This document shows positions 20,274 through 29,728 of a DNA stretch of 64,000 nucleotides, piece by piece. The notes beneath the pieces were generated by a model. That model made no database searches and was not told the DNA's origin. It saw nothing but the letters and a program-made list of their open reading frames with translations. Made by a program: the position numbers and the translations under genes. How positions within the stretch are numbered: the stretch's first letter is position 1; each line of letters begins with the position of its first letter. This DNA is from Kiritimatiellia bacterium (GTDB lineage: Bacteria; Verrucomicrobiota; Kiritimatiellia; RFP12; JBMNHG01): contig JBMNHG010000003.1 in NCBI GenBank assembly GCA_050950285.1, forward strand, positions 310,001-374,000. The letters run 5' to 3'.

Positions 20274-21449
20274 CTAGCCGTTCCGGATGGTGAGCCAGGC
20301 GGAGAGCACGATGCACAGCACGACGGGCACCCAGACGATGAGGTGTACGGGGCCGCTGTCGACGTTCTTCACGAATTGCTCCCCCGTTACCACCAGCAGG
20401 TAGAAGAGCAGGGCCACGACGAGGCTGATGGCCACGCCGATGGTCGATTCGCGGCGATGGGCGCGGATGCCCAGCGGCATGCCGAGCATGAGGAAGCAGA
20501 AGGCGGCGGAGGCCATCGCATGGCGCCGATGGAATTCGAAGCGCATCTGCCGGAGATCCCCACGGACCTTCTTCGTCCGGGCGCGACAGACTTCAATCTG
20601 CTCCGTGTCGCCCGACGCTTCGGCCTCGCGAAGCGCTTGCCTTGCCTCCCAGGCCTTCTTTCGCCCTTCGCCCACGCGATCGTACAGCTCCCGAAGCCTG
20701 TAGTCCTCGATCTTCCGGGTGTAGGCGTTCTTCTTGAGCACGCCTTCGAAGACATGGGAGAAACGGTATGCGGTGGCCGCGCCGGGGAAGTGGTCGTCGA
20801 AGGGATCGATCCGGACGTCATAGAGGTCCAGGACGATGTCTTCCCCCCGTTCGATCACGCTGGCGCGTTTCGCATGGATGGTGCGCGGCGTCCCGCCCTT
20901 GGTCTTGTTGTAGATCGAGACGTTCGCGAGCCAGTTCGTCCCGTCGACCTCCTCGTTCGCCTCGAACCAGAAATCCGCGCCCAAGCCGCCGAAATCGTGG
21001 ATGGTGCGCCCCGGTTCAAGCAGGCGGATCCCCGTTCCGACCTTCATGTCGGCCTGCATCTCCCGGCGCATCTCGTGGCTCGCGGGGGTGACCTCGTTGT
21101 TGATGTACACGCCGAAGAGCGACAGAAGCGCCCCCACGGCCATCGGGAGCGCCATGATGTGCCAGAGGTTCACCCCGCAGGCCTTCATCGCGCCGATTTC
21201 GCCGTCGCTGGAGAGACGGCCGAAGACCAGCAGCGAACTCACGAGGGCGGCCAGCGGAATCGTGAACGCGAACGACTCCGGGATGCCGATCAGCAGGTAT
21301 CGGCCGACCATCGACAGCGGGACGTCGTGCACGACCAGCTGCGTCGCTTTCACGAGCAGGCCCACCGAAAGCACGAACGACAGCACCAGGAACGCCAGGA
21401 AGAACGAGCTCAGGAAGCTGCCGAGGACGTAGCGTTGGAGGATTTTCAT
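20274..21449 (-). CDS. LptF/LptG family LPS export permease
   Basis: MKILQRYVL start, FGRLSSDGEIGAMKACGV, three N-terminal and three C-terminal TM segments around a periplasmic loop. Confidence 0.9.
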   Translation of the reverse strand: MKILQRYVLGSFLSSFFLAFLVLSFVLSVGLLVKATQLVVHDVPLSMVGRYLLIGIPESFAFTIPLAALVSSLLVFGRLSSDGEIGAMKACGVNLWHIMALPMAVGALLSLFGVYINNEVTPASHEMRREMQADMKVGTGIRLLEPGRTIHDFGGLGADFWFEANEEVDGTNWLANVSIYNKTKGGTPRTIHAKRASVIERGEDIVLDLYDVRIDPFDDHFPGAATAYRFSHVFEGVLKKNAYTRKIEDYRLRELYDRVGEGRKKAWEARQALREAEASGDTEQIEVCRARTKKVRGDLRQMRFEFHRRHAMASAAFCFLMLGMPLGIRAHRRESTIGVAISLVVALLFYLLVVTGEQFVKNVDSGPVHLIVWVPVVLCIVLSAWLTIRNG

Positions 21450-21459
21450 GGGGCGGGCG

Positions 21460-21493
21460 AAAAAAAAGGCCGCCCGGCGTCGGGCGGCCTCTT
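21460..21493 (-). terminator. intrinsic terminator after the OmpA-family gene
   Basis: Stem GGCCGCCCG/CGGGCGGCC with 4-nt loop followed on the minus strand by T8. Confidence 0.75.
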
Positions 21494-21502
21494 GGGAGGG
21501 GG

Positions 21503-22825
21503 CTATTCCTGACGCATCATCTGGATCACCCTTGCCTTGCCGATCTGGCCGTCCGCGTCTTTGATGTAGACCTCGACGCGGCGGTTCTCGGGCGTGCCGT
21601 TCACGATGTCCGGCTTGACGTTCGGGCGGGAGAAGCCGTATCCGACCGGCGTCAGGCGGGAGGCGGCGATGCCGCCTTTCGCCACCAGGTGGTCGAGGAC
21701 GGCCTTGGCGCGGCGTTCCGAAAGCCTCTGGTTGTACGCCTGCCTGGAGGTGCGCATCTGGTCGCAGTGGCCTTCGATCACGGCCGTGGACTCGGGATAG
21801 ACCTGGAGCACCTTGGCGATGATGGCGAGGTCGTCGAAGTACTCGGGCTTGATCACGGACTTGTCGTAGTCGAACTGGATCCGGAGCTCGAACATCATCA
21901 GGTCGTCGGTGCCGTCCAGGGGGTTGGTACGGTCGTGGTGGACTTCGTGGCCGTCCTTCACGCCGCCCTTGTCGGTGTCGGGATCGAGGGGGTCGGTCTT
22001 GTACGTGCGCACCTCCTCGCCATCGAGGAGGCCGTCATAGTCGCTGTCGGGGTTCAGGGGGTCGGTCTTGTAGGTGAGGACCTCCTCGCCGTCCGTAAGG
22101 CCGTCCTTGTCCGTGTCCGGATCGTAGGGGTCGGTTCCCAGTTCTTCTTCGCGGAGGTCGGAGAGGCCGTCGCCGTCGGAATCGATGGGGCCGTCGGAGA
22201 CCACGAAGTCGGGATCGACCGAAGCGCCCCAGTGCCAGCAGAGGCCGACGGTGATAATGGAGTTGAACTCGGTGTTGTCCGAAGTGAGGAAGAGACGCCA
22301 GTCGCCGCGGAGGGCCCAGCTGTCGGTCAGGTGGAACATCACGCCGGCGCCAGTGCGCAGGACGGCTTCGATCTGGCTTCCCAGGACATCCTTCCCGTAG
22401 TACATCACGCCGGCGCCGAAGGCCAGGTAGGGGTCGAGAAGCTCGAGGCGGGTGAAGTGGAAGAGGGCGTCCGCATAGAAGGACGACATCCAGGTGTCGC
22501 CGAAGTCGGAATCGTCCCCTCGGGTGTTCGAACGGTCCCGGATCGTTCCGTCGCGGTAGCTTTTGTGGGTGTCCTCGTCCAGCGACGGGGCGAAGATCCA
22601 GCCGGCCTCCGCGGACCACCACTCGTTGAAGTCGTACCCGAGACTCAGGTCGAGGAGGAAGCCGTTGTCGAGGGGTTCGTCGCCCTCGTACCAGATGCCG
22701 CCCACGCGCGGGCTGAAATACCAGCGGGCATAGTCCTCGTTTTCCGCATGTGCGGCGCAAGCCATCGTGGCCACCATCGTGGCCACCGCGAGACCGCGGA
22801 AGAGCGTTTTCGTGCTGAACATCAT
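21503..22825 (-). CDS. OmpA family outer-membrane protein (beta-barrel, TSP3-like Ca-binding repeats, OmpA_C domain)
   Basis: Signal peptide MMFSTKTLF...AAHA; repeats DSDGDGLSD..E...GTDP; IQFDYDKS, IEGHCD, NQRLSERRAKAV, NRRVE. Confidence 0.92.
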   Translation of the reverse strand: MMFSTKTLFRGLAVATMVATMACAAHAENEDYARWYFSPRVGGIWYEGDEPLDNGFLLDLSLGYDFNEWWSAEAGWIFAPSLDEDTHKSYRDGTIRDRSNTRGDDSDFGDTWMSSFYADALFHFTRLELLDPYLAFGAGVMYYGKDVLGSQIEAVLRTGAGVMFHLTDSWALRGDWRLFLTSDNTEFNSIITVGLCWHWGASVDPDFVVSDGPIDSDGDGLSDLREEELGTDPYDPDTDKDGLTDGEEVLTYKTDPLNPDSDYDGLLDGEEVRTYKTDPLDPDTDKGGVKDGHEVHHDRTNPLDGTDDLMMFELRIQFDYDKSVIKPEYFDDLAIIAKVLQVYPESTAVIEGHCDQMRTSRQAYNQRLSERRAKAVLDHLVAKGGIAASRLTPVGYGFSRPNVKPDIVNGTPENRRVEVYIKDADGQIGKARVIQMMRQE

Positions 22826-22890
22826 GTCGAACTCCGTTCCTGTTCCTGGACAGAAAAGTGCGGCGCCCTGCGCCGTGTGAAATCCCCACA

Positions 22891-22920
22891 ACCATAGCAC
22901 GCCCCTTCCCCGGAACGCAA
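22891..22920 (-). promoter_or_regulatory. sigma70-like promoter for the OmpA-family gene
   Basis: Minus strand TTGCGT-18 bp-TATGGT with TG just upstream of the -10. Confidence 0.45.
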
Positions 22921-23090
22921 CGCCAAAAGCAGCGATTCACCGAACCGCCAACCGCCCCCGGCGTGGCGGACGCCTTGTGAAGGGACATCGCCGGAACCTT
23001 GGGCTTGCGCCGGAACCGGGAATCGGTGAACATGGCTTTTTATCGCTTCCCCCGGCGGTCCTTGCAGGACGCCACCCCCCTTTTCCCGCC

Positions 23091-24692
23091 ATGGACGACT
23101 CCACACGGCGAAAGGCGGAACTTTCCCGCCGCCGCACCTTCGCCATCATCTCCCACCCCGACGCCGGCAAGACCACCCTCACCGAAAAGCTCCTGCTCTA
23201 CGGCGGGGCCATCCAGCTCGCGGGTTCCGTGCGCGCCTCGCGCGCCCAGAAAAACACGACGTCCGACTGGATGGAGCTCGAAAAGGCGCGAGGCATCTCC
23301 GTCTCGTCCACCCTGCTCCAGTTCGACTACGGCGGATGCGTGGTGAACCTGCTCGACACCCCCGGACACAAGGACTTCTCCGAAGACACCTATCGCGTGC
23401 TCGTCGCCGTGGACAGCGCGGTGATGGTGATCGACGCCGCGAAGGGCATCGAGGAGCGCACCCGCAAGCTCTTCGAAATCTGCCGGATGCGCGGCATTCC
23501 GATCTTCACGTTCATCAACAAGATGGACCGTCCCTCGAAGCCGCCGCTGGAGCTGCTCGACGAGCTCGAGGGCGTGCTCGGCATCGCGGCCTTCCCCGTG
23601 ACCTGGCCCCTTGGATCCGGCCCTGGATTCCAAGGCGTGTACGACCGTCTCGAACAGCGGCTCCACCTCTACGGGCGGACGGCCCATGGGAAGTACCGCG
23701 CCCCCGAGCAGGTGGGCGGCTACGACGATCCCGCCATCCGGGCGCGCATCCCGCCATCGGTCTACGCCCCCTGGCTGGAGGAGATCGAAATCCTCGAGGC
23801 CGCCGGGGCCGGCTTCGACCCCGACGCCGTGCTTGCCGGAGCCACCACGCCCGTCTTCTTCGGCAGCGGCATCACCAACTTCGGCGTGAAGCATCTGCTC
23901 GAACACTTCATCCGCTACGGCGCCAAACCGCAGCCGCGCCTCTCCGGCGGCACGCCCGTCCCGCCCGAATCCGACACCTTCTCCGGCTTCGTCTTCAAGG
24001 TGCAGGCGAACATGAACCCCCGCCATCGCGACCGCCTCGCCTTCGTGCGGGTCTGTTCCGGCACCTTCCGGAAGGACATGGTGGTGCCCGACCCCGAGAC
24101 CGGGGACCCCGTGCGCCTCGCCTACCCCCAGAAGCTTTTCGCGCAGGATCGAGAATCGCTCGATGTGGCCTACCCCGGAGACATCGTGGGGCTCGTCACC
24201 CACAAGGCATTCCGCATCGGCGCCACGCTCTCCGAGGACCCCCGCATCCGCTACGACGAAATCCCCCGCTTCCCCCCCGAAACCTTCGCCACGATCCGCA
24301 ACCGCGGCACCGGAAAGTACAAGCAGTTCCGCGACGGCATGGCCCAGCTCCTCCAGGAAGGCGTCATCCAGGCCTTCACGACGCTCGACGACGACCGCAC
24401 CACCACCCTTCTCGGCGCCGTCGGCCAGCTGCAGTTCGACGTGGTCGTGCACCGTCTCGAAAACGAATACGGCGCGGAGCCGATCCTCGAATCCGCGCCC
24501 TACGCCGTAGCCCGCTGGTTCGGTCCCGAAGTGAAGCGCGACGACGTCGAAAAGCTCTTCCTCGGCTCCGGCGTGAAGCTGGTGTCCGACCTGGACGGCA
24601 GGCTCGTGATCCTCTTCCCCACGGTCTGGTCGTGCGAGTATTTCCGGAAGGAGCACCCGGAACTCCCCCTCCACCAGACCTCGCCGAAGTGA
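23091..24692 (+). CDS. prfC: peptide chain release factor 3
   Basis: RRRTFAIISHPDAGKTTLTEKLLL, DTPGHKDFSEDTYR, NKMD, FKVQANMNPRHRDR, GAVGQLQFDV. Confidence 0.97.
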   Translation: MDDSTRRKAELSRRRTFAIISHPDAGKTTLTEKLLLYGGAIQLAGSVRASRAQKNTTSDWMELEKARGISVSSTLLQFDYGGCVVNLLDTPGHKDFSEDTYRVLVAVDSAVMVIDAAKGIEERTRKLFEICRMRGIPIFTFINKMDRPSKPPLELLDELEGVLGIAAFPVTWPLGSGPGFQGVYDRLEQRLHLYGRTAHGKYRAPEQVGGYDDPAIRARIPPSVYAPWLEEIEILEAAGAGFDPDAVLAGATTPVFFGSGITNFGVKHLLEHFIRYGAKPQPRLSGGTPVPPESDTFSGFVFKVQANMNPRHRDRLAFVRVCSGTFRKDMVVPDPETGDPVRLAYPQKLFAQDRESLDVAYPGDIVGLVTHKAFRIGATLSEDPRIRYDEIPRFPPETFATIRNRGTGKYKQFRDGMAQLLQEGVIQAFTTLDDDRTTTLLGAVGQLQFDVVVHRLENEYGAEPILESAPYAVARWFGPEVKRDDVEKLFLGSGVKLVSDLDGRLVILFPTVWSCEYFRKEHPELPLHQTSPK

Positions 24693-24738
24693 CCCCCTTC
24701 GAAACGCCCACCCACCCTAACTCCGGAAAGGCCCCCCC

Positions 24739-25488
24739 ATGAACCACTTCACCCCCTTGCTGGACGCCATCGACGGCGCCCGCACGCCCGTCTTCTTCAC
24801 CGGCGCGGGCGTCTCCACCCTCTGCGGCATCCCCGACTTCCGCGGCCCGGACGGCCTCTATCGCGACCCCGACGCCGCCCGCATGTTCGACATCGACCTC
24901 TTCGACGCCGATCCCTCGATCTTCTACCAACGGGCGGACACGCTGGTCTACGGCACCGAAACCACCCGCCCCGGCCCCGTGCACCTGGCGCTCGTCGCCT
25001 TGCAGCAGGCGGGGAAGTGCGCCGGCGTCATCACCCAGAACATCGACGGCCTCCACGAGCGCGCCGGCTCGTCGCCCGTCTTCGCCGTCCACGGGTCCGC
25101 CGCCCTCCACCACTGCCGCCGTTGCGGCGACGAAAAGACCTACGACGAGATCCGCGCCCTTCGCGCGGGCACATCCGATCGCGTCCCGCGGTGCGCGGCC
25201 TGCGGCGGCGTCTACAAGCCGGACATCACCTTCTTCGGCGAAAGCCTTCCGGAAGCGGCCTTCGCGGGGGCGGTCCGCCTCGCCTCCCGCGCCGATCTCG
25301 TCGTGGTGCTCGGCTCCTCCCTCACCGTCGAGCCCGCCGCCTCGATCCCACGCCGCACCCTGCAATGCGGCGGGCGGATGGCCATCGTCAACCGCGGGGA
25401 AACCCCCCTGGACGGCTTCGCCTTCTTCCATGCGGACGACCTCGCCGCCTTCGCCGACGCCGTCCTCTCGCGCCGGCCGACGGACTGA
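24739..25488 (+). CDS. cobB: Sir2-family NAD-dependent protein deacylase
   Basis: TGAGVST..GIPDFRG, ITQNIDGLH, HG, two CxxC, KPDITFFGE, GSSLTVEPA. Confidence 0.92.
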   Translation: MNHFTPLLDAIDGARTPVFFTGAGVSTLCGIPDFRGPDGLYRDPDAARMFDIDLFDADPSIFYQRADTLVYGTETTRPGPVHLALVALQQAGKCAGVITQNIDGLHERAGSSPVFAVHGSAALHHCRRCGDEKTYDEIRALRAGTSDRVPRCAACGGVYKPDITFFGESLPEAAFAGAVRLASRADLVVVLGSSLTVEPAASIPRRTLQCGGRMAIVNRGETPLDGFAFFHADDLAAFADAVLSRRPTD

Positions 25489-25579
25489 CCCCGCCCCCGC
25501 CGCGAACCGCCCCGCAAGCCCCCGGAAGACACGTCATCCTTGCTTCCGGCGAAGGGGGGATGATACGATGGCGGGGCAT

Positions 25580-26044
25580 ATGGAAAAGTTCCTCTTCCTC
25601 CTGGCCGGGCTCCCGCTTCTGATGCTGGCTTCCGGCTGCCTCTCCGACGCGGAGCTGCGGCAACGCCGGATCCAGGAGAACCACACGCTCTTCTCCCAGC
25701 TCGGGACGGACGTGCGGCAGCACGTCGCCGCAGGCTCCATCGCCGTGGGGGATCCGCAAGTCGCGGTCTGGCTCGCGTGGGGCGAGCCCGACTCGAAGTC
25801 GTACATCGTCAACGCTTCCGGAAACACGGAATGCTGGCTGTACGCCAGGCTCGCCCCCGAAACCTGTCCGGTGCTCGTCGTCGACCCTCCGCCGCCGTAC
25901 GGCGTGCCGCCCCCCCGTTTCGCCCCGGCGCATTGCGAATACCGCACCCGCTACGTGCCCATCCCCTCGCGGCGGGTCGATTTCCAAAACGGCGTCGTCG
26001 TCCAAATCCAGTTCTTCCAACCCCATCCCCAAGGAATCCCATGA
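25580..26044 (+). CDS. hypothetical lipoprotein
   Basis: MEKFLFLLAGLPLLMLASGC lipobox; upstream TTGCTT-18-TACGAT; ATGA overlap with next gene. Confidence 0.7.
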   Translation: MEKFLFLLAGLPLLMLASGCLSDAELRQRRIQENHTLFSQLGTDVRQHVAAGSIAVGDPQVAVWLAWGEPDSKSYIVNASGNTECWLYARLAPETCPVLVVDPPPPYGVPPPRFAPAHCEYRTRYVPIPSRRVDFQNGVVVQIQFFQPHPQGIP

Positions 26045-27000
26045 ACTTCGTCGAACAGCGCAAGGCCTTCGAGGCCGCCCATCCCCGCCACGACTCCGTC
26101 ATCCTCGCCTTCCGGGGCGTCGAGCCCGGCTACGACGTGTACAACTGCAGCATCCCGTTCACCAGCGGCGGCAGGCGCTACATCTACGGCCGCGTCGAAC
26201 CGCGCGCCGACTGGGCCAACTCCCACGTGCGCCTCTTCGAGGAGATTGCGCCGGACGTCTTCGAGGTCGTCCAGGGCGCCCGCACCCTCCCCCTCGAGGA
26301 TCCCTTCGTGCAGTCCATCGGCGGCGAACTGGTCCTCGGCGGCACGCACGTCCGCAAGCTCGGCGGGGAAATCGACACCTACTACTGCTACTTCTACCGC
26401 GGCAAGGACCCCTTCTCGCTGACCTATTTCACGACGGGCCCCGACTACATGAAGGACATCCGCCTGGTCGAACTCCCCTCCGGGAAGATCGGCGTCTTCA
26501 CCCGCCCGCGCGGCGAGGAGACGTTGAAGCAGTACGGCACGGAGTCGGTGGTCGGCTACGTGGAAATCGACTCGCTCGACGACCTCCTGCCCGCGAACCT
26601 CGACCGCGCGAAGATCATCGAGGGACTCTTCGAGGCCGGCGAATGGGGCGGATGCAACCAGGCGTACCTGCTGAAGGACGGCCGCATCGGCCTTGCCGCC
26701 CACAAGGCCGTGAACGACGGCGTCGCCTCCGACGGCCAGCCCTTCCAGCTCTACACGAACTGCTTCTTCATCTTCGACCCCGCCACCCGCAAGGCCACGC
26801 CGATGGAGATTCTCGCCACCGACGCCTCCTACCCCGCCTTCTCCCCGAAGGTGCCGAAACTCGCCCACTGCATCTTCACCTCCGGCCTGGTCTTCCGTCC
26901 CGACGGCAAGGCCGATCTCTACACGGGCCTCGGCGACGCCGCCGAAGGCCGCGTGACCATCCCCGCCCCGTTCGACGTGAAACTTCCCCTCCCCATTTGA
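26041..27000 (+). CDS. DUF1861 family protein (MTP/GT108 beta-1,2-mannoside phosphorylase/mannosyltransferase-like)
   Basis: YDVYNCSIPF, YIYGRVE, LEDPFV, MKDIRLVEL, IGVFTRP, EWGGCNQ, FTSGL, LYTGLGD. Confidence 0.8.
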   Translation: MNFVEQRKAFEAAHPRHDSVILAFRGVEPGYDVYNCSIPFTSGGRRYIYGRVEPRADWANSHVRLFEEIAPDVFEVVQGARTLPLEDPFVQSIGGELVLGGTHVRKLGGEIDTYYCYFYRGKDPFSLTYFTTGPDYMKDIRLVELPSGKIGVFTRPRGEETLKQYGTESVVGYVEIDSLDDLLPANLDRAKIIEGLFEAGEWGGCNQAYLLKDGRIGLAAHKAVNDGVASDGQPFQLYTNCFFIFDPATRKATPMEILATDASYPAFSPKVPKLAHCIFTSGLVFRPDGKADLYTGLGDAAEGRVTIPAPFDVKLPLPI

Positions 27001-27005
27001 GACAC

Positions 27006-28229
27006 ATGAACCCCTCCACCTCGCATTCCACCTGGTTCAACGAGGCCCGCTACGGCCTCTTCATCCACTGGGGGGCCTACTCGGTCCCCGCCCGCGGCGA
27101 ATGGATCATGAACCGCGAACTCGTCCCGCCCGCGGAGTACGAGGCGAAGTACATCGCCAACTTCAAGGCGGAAAAATACGACCCCGCCGACTGGGTCGCC
27201 AAGGCGAAGCGCTGGGGCATGCGCTACGCGGTGCTCACCGCGCGCCACCACGACGGCTTCGCCCTCTGGGACTCGAAGGCGAATCCCTGGAACGCCGCGA
27301 ACCTCGGACCGAAGCGCGACCTCGTCGCCCCGTACGTCGAGGCCGTCCGCGCCGGCGGGCTGAAGGTGGGCCTCTACTATTCGCCCGCCAACTGGTCGCA
27401 CCCCGACTACCCCGGCCCCCGCTTCCGCGACTGGCCCGGCGAGTCGGACTGGAAGGACGAGGACGCGCGCCGACGCTTCATCGCCTATTACCGGGCCGAA
27501 CTCCGCGAACTGCTGACGAACTACGGCAAGATCGACTACCTCTGGTTCGACGGCTGCATCCCCGCCAACATCGACGGCGCCGGAACGCTCGCGATGGTGC
27601 GGGAACTCCAGCCCGGCATCCTCGTGAACAACCGCCTCGCCGAACCGTTCGACGTGAAGAACAGCGAGCAGATCGTGAACCCCCCGAAGGACGACATCGA
27701 CTGGGAGGCCTGCATGACGCTCAACACGAACTGGGGCTACTACGCCGGCGACCGGCGCTGGAAGAGCCCCGTGGACGTGATCGACCTGCTCCTCCAGTGC
27801 GCCAAGGACGGCGGCAACCTCCTGCTCAACGTCGGCCCGCGCGCCGACGGCACCATCCCCGAGGAGTCCGTTTCCATCCTCGACCAGGTCGGCGCCTGGC
27901 TCGAACGCAACCGCGAGGCCATCACCCGCTCCGAGCGGCACCGCTTCCCCTGGAGCATCGTCGCGCGCCCCGTCACCATGCGCGGCAACCGCCTCTACCT
28001 CGGCTTCCTCCTCGACCCCTGCGGCGAATGCTGCTGGGGCGAACTCTCGAACCGCGTGCTCCGCGCCTGGCATCTCGACGACGGCTCGCCCGTCTCCTTC
28101 CGCCAGGAGGGCGACCGCCTCTTCCTCGAGGACGTCCGCTATGCGCCCCCCGCGCGCATCGTCGTGCTCGAGGTCGAAGGCGCCCCCGAGCCGATCGTGC
28201 CGGAAACCAACTTCTGGATCCCCAACTGA
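27006..28229 (+). CDS. alpha-L-fucosidase (GH29)
   Basis: WFNEARYGLFIHWG.YS, LTARHHDGFALW, YGKIDYLWFDG, NNRL, WEACMT, GGNLLLNVGP. Confidence 0.93.
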   Translation: MNPSTSHSTWFNEARYGLFIHWGAYSVPARGEWIMNRELVPPAEYEAKYIANFKAEKYDPADWVAKAKRWGMRYAVLTARHHDGFALWDSKANPWNAANLGPKRDLVAPYVEAVRAGGLKVGLYYSPANWSHPDYPGPRFRDWPGESDWKDEDARRRFIAYYRAELRELLTNYGKIDYLWFDGCIPANIDGAGTLAMVRELQPGILVNNRLAEPFDVKNSEQIVNPPKDDIDWEACMTLNTNWGYYAGDRRWKSPVDVIDLLLQCAKDGGNLLLNVGPRADGTIPEESVSILDQVGAWLERNREAITRSERHRFPWSIVARPVTMRGNRLYLGFLLDPCGECCWGELSNRVLRAWHLDDGSPVSFRQEGDRLFLEDVRYAPPARIVVLEVEGAPEPIVPETNFWIPN

Positions 28230-28270
28230 AACGGCGCGCCGCGGATGCGAATCCAGGCGCGGTCCCGTCC

Positions 28271-28822
28271 ATGTCCACGACGATCCCATTGGACAAGAGC
28301 CAGCTGCGCGCGCGATTGCGGGAACGACGGCGCGCCGTGACGCCGGAGGAGGCGCACGGCGCGGCGCTGGCCATCGTGCCGAAACTGGACGCGCTCCCCG
28401 GCGTGCTGCCGGGCCAGACCATCGCCGCCTACCTGTCGATGCCCGGCGAAGTGGAGGCGGCTCCGCTGATCGCCTGGTGCCGGAGGCGGCATCTCCGCGT
28501 GGCGGTCCCCGCCGCGCGCGGCGACGGCTACGTCTGGGCCGAACTCGCCGGGGACGAAGTGCTGGCCACCGGCCCCATGGGCATCCCGGAACCCGCGCAT
28601 CCGCGCACCGTCGCGGCGGAGACGCTCGACTGGGCGCTCGTCCCGGGCGTGGCCTTCGACCGCGCGGGAAACCGGCTCGGCCACGGCAAAGGCCACATCG
28701 ACCGCCTGTACTCCGCGGCGCGCCGCTGCCGCAAAATCGGCATCGCCTTCGCCTGGCAGCTCTTCGACGCCATCCCCCACGAACCCCACGACGTGCCCAT
28801 GGAGCGCGTCCTCGTGCCCTGA
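28271..28822 (+). CDS. 5-formyltetrahydrofolate cyclo-ligase
   Basis: K..LR..LR..RR start, GIPEP, VPGVAFD..GNRLGHGKGH.DR, PHDVPM. Confidence 0.9.
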   Translation: MSTTIPLDKSQLRARLRERRRAVTPEEAHGAALAIVPKLDALPGVLPGQTIAAYLSMPGEVEAAPLIAWCRRRHLRVAVPAARGDGYVWAELAGDEVLATGPMGIPEPAHPRTVAAETLDWALVPGVAFDRAGNRLGHGKGHIDRLYSAARRCRKIGIAFAWQLFDAIPHEPHDVPMERVLVP

Positions 28823-28958
28823 CGGCGCGCTTCGCCCCTCCCCTGAGCACCGTCGCGTATTTCCCGCGGAGGATTGACATTCCCCAAGGAACCGCTACTC
28901 TTCTCCTCCATACGCCACCGTCACCCTCCGTTTCGACCCCCTTCCCCCGGCTTCCACC

Positions 28959-29687
28959 ATGCCTCTCGTCACCATCATCGGCCGCGGCCACGGCGGAACA
29001 CGCGCCATGTCGCACACCCTCTCCGCAAGCGGGGTCTTCATGGGCGAGCAAATCAACGAATCCGGCGACATGCTCCCGCCCGACGCCCTCTACGAGGCGT
29101 GCCGCGTCATCGGGCGCCGCATCCGCCACCTCGGCGGCTTCCGCTGGGATTTCGACTCGCTCCACACCGGCCCGATCGACCCCGCGTTCACGCGCCTCCT
29201 CGAACGGTACCTCGCGCCCGTTTTCCGCAACCCCGCGCTGGACAAGGGCTGGAAACTCCCCGAGACAACGCTGGTCTATCCCTGGCTCGTGCGCCTCTTC
29301 CCGGACATCCACTACATCCACTGGATCCGCGACCCGCGCGACTCGATCCACGGCGGGCATCTCACCGACGACCTCGCCGCCTTCGGCATCCCCTGGAAGG
29401 GCGACGGCTCGCTTCTCGCGCGCCGCGTCGCCAGCTGGAAGTACCAGCGTGAAATCGTCCGCGCCACGCCCGCTCCCGCACGACAGATCGCCGTCCGCTT
29501 CGAAGACTTCGTCCTGAAGCAGGACGAAACGCTCGCGAAGCTCCGGGACTTCCTCGGCCGCCCCCTCGCGAAGCTCCCGGTCCGCCCCGGAAGCGTCGGC
29601 CGCTGGCGCGCCGCCGCCGCGGAGGAACGCGACGCCACCGCCGTCCTCGCCCCCGACGTCCTCGAGCTCGGCTACCCCCTGTCCTGA
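28959..29687 (+). CDS. sulfotransferase-family P-loop protein
   Basis: IIGRGHGGTR (5'-PSB-like), GWKLPET, IHWIRDPRD (3'-PB-like), VRFEDF. Confidence 0.7.
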   Translation: MPLVTIIGRGHGGTRAMSHTLSASGVFMGEQINESGDMLPPDALYEACRVIGRRIRHLGGFRWDFDSLHTGPIDPAFTRLLERYLAPVFRNPALDKGWKLPETTLVYPWLVRLFPDIHYIHWIRDPRDSIHGGHLTDDLAAFGIPWKGDGSLLARRVASWKYQREIVRATPAPARQIAVRFEDFVLKQDETLAKLRDFLGRPLAKLPVRPGSVGRWRAAAAEERDATAVLAPDVLELGYPLS

Positions 29688-29728
29688 CATCCACCCCCTC
29701 GCACACACATTCGAAAAGGAGATTCCCC

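Noticed and set aside
28230..28270. 6S RNA upstream of the 5-formyl-THF cyclo-ligase gene (common synteny)
   Set aside because: Only 41 bp of intergenic space, too short
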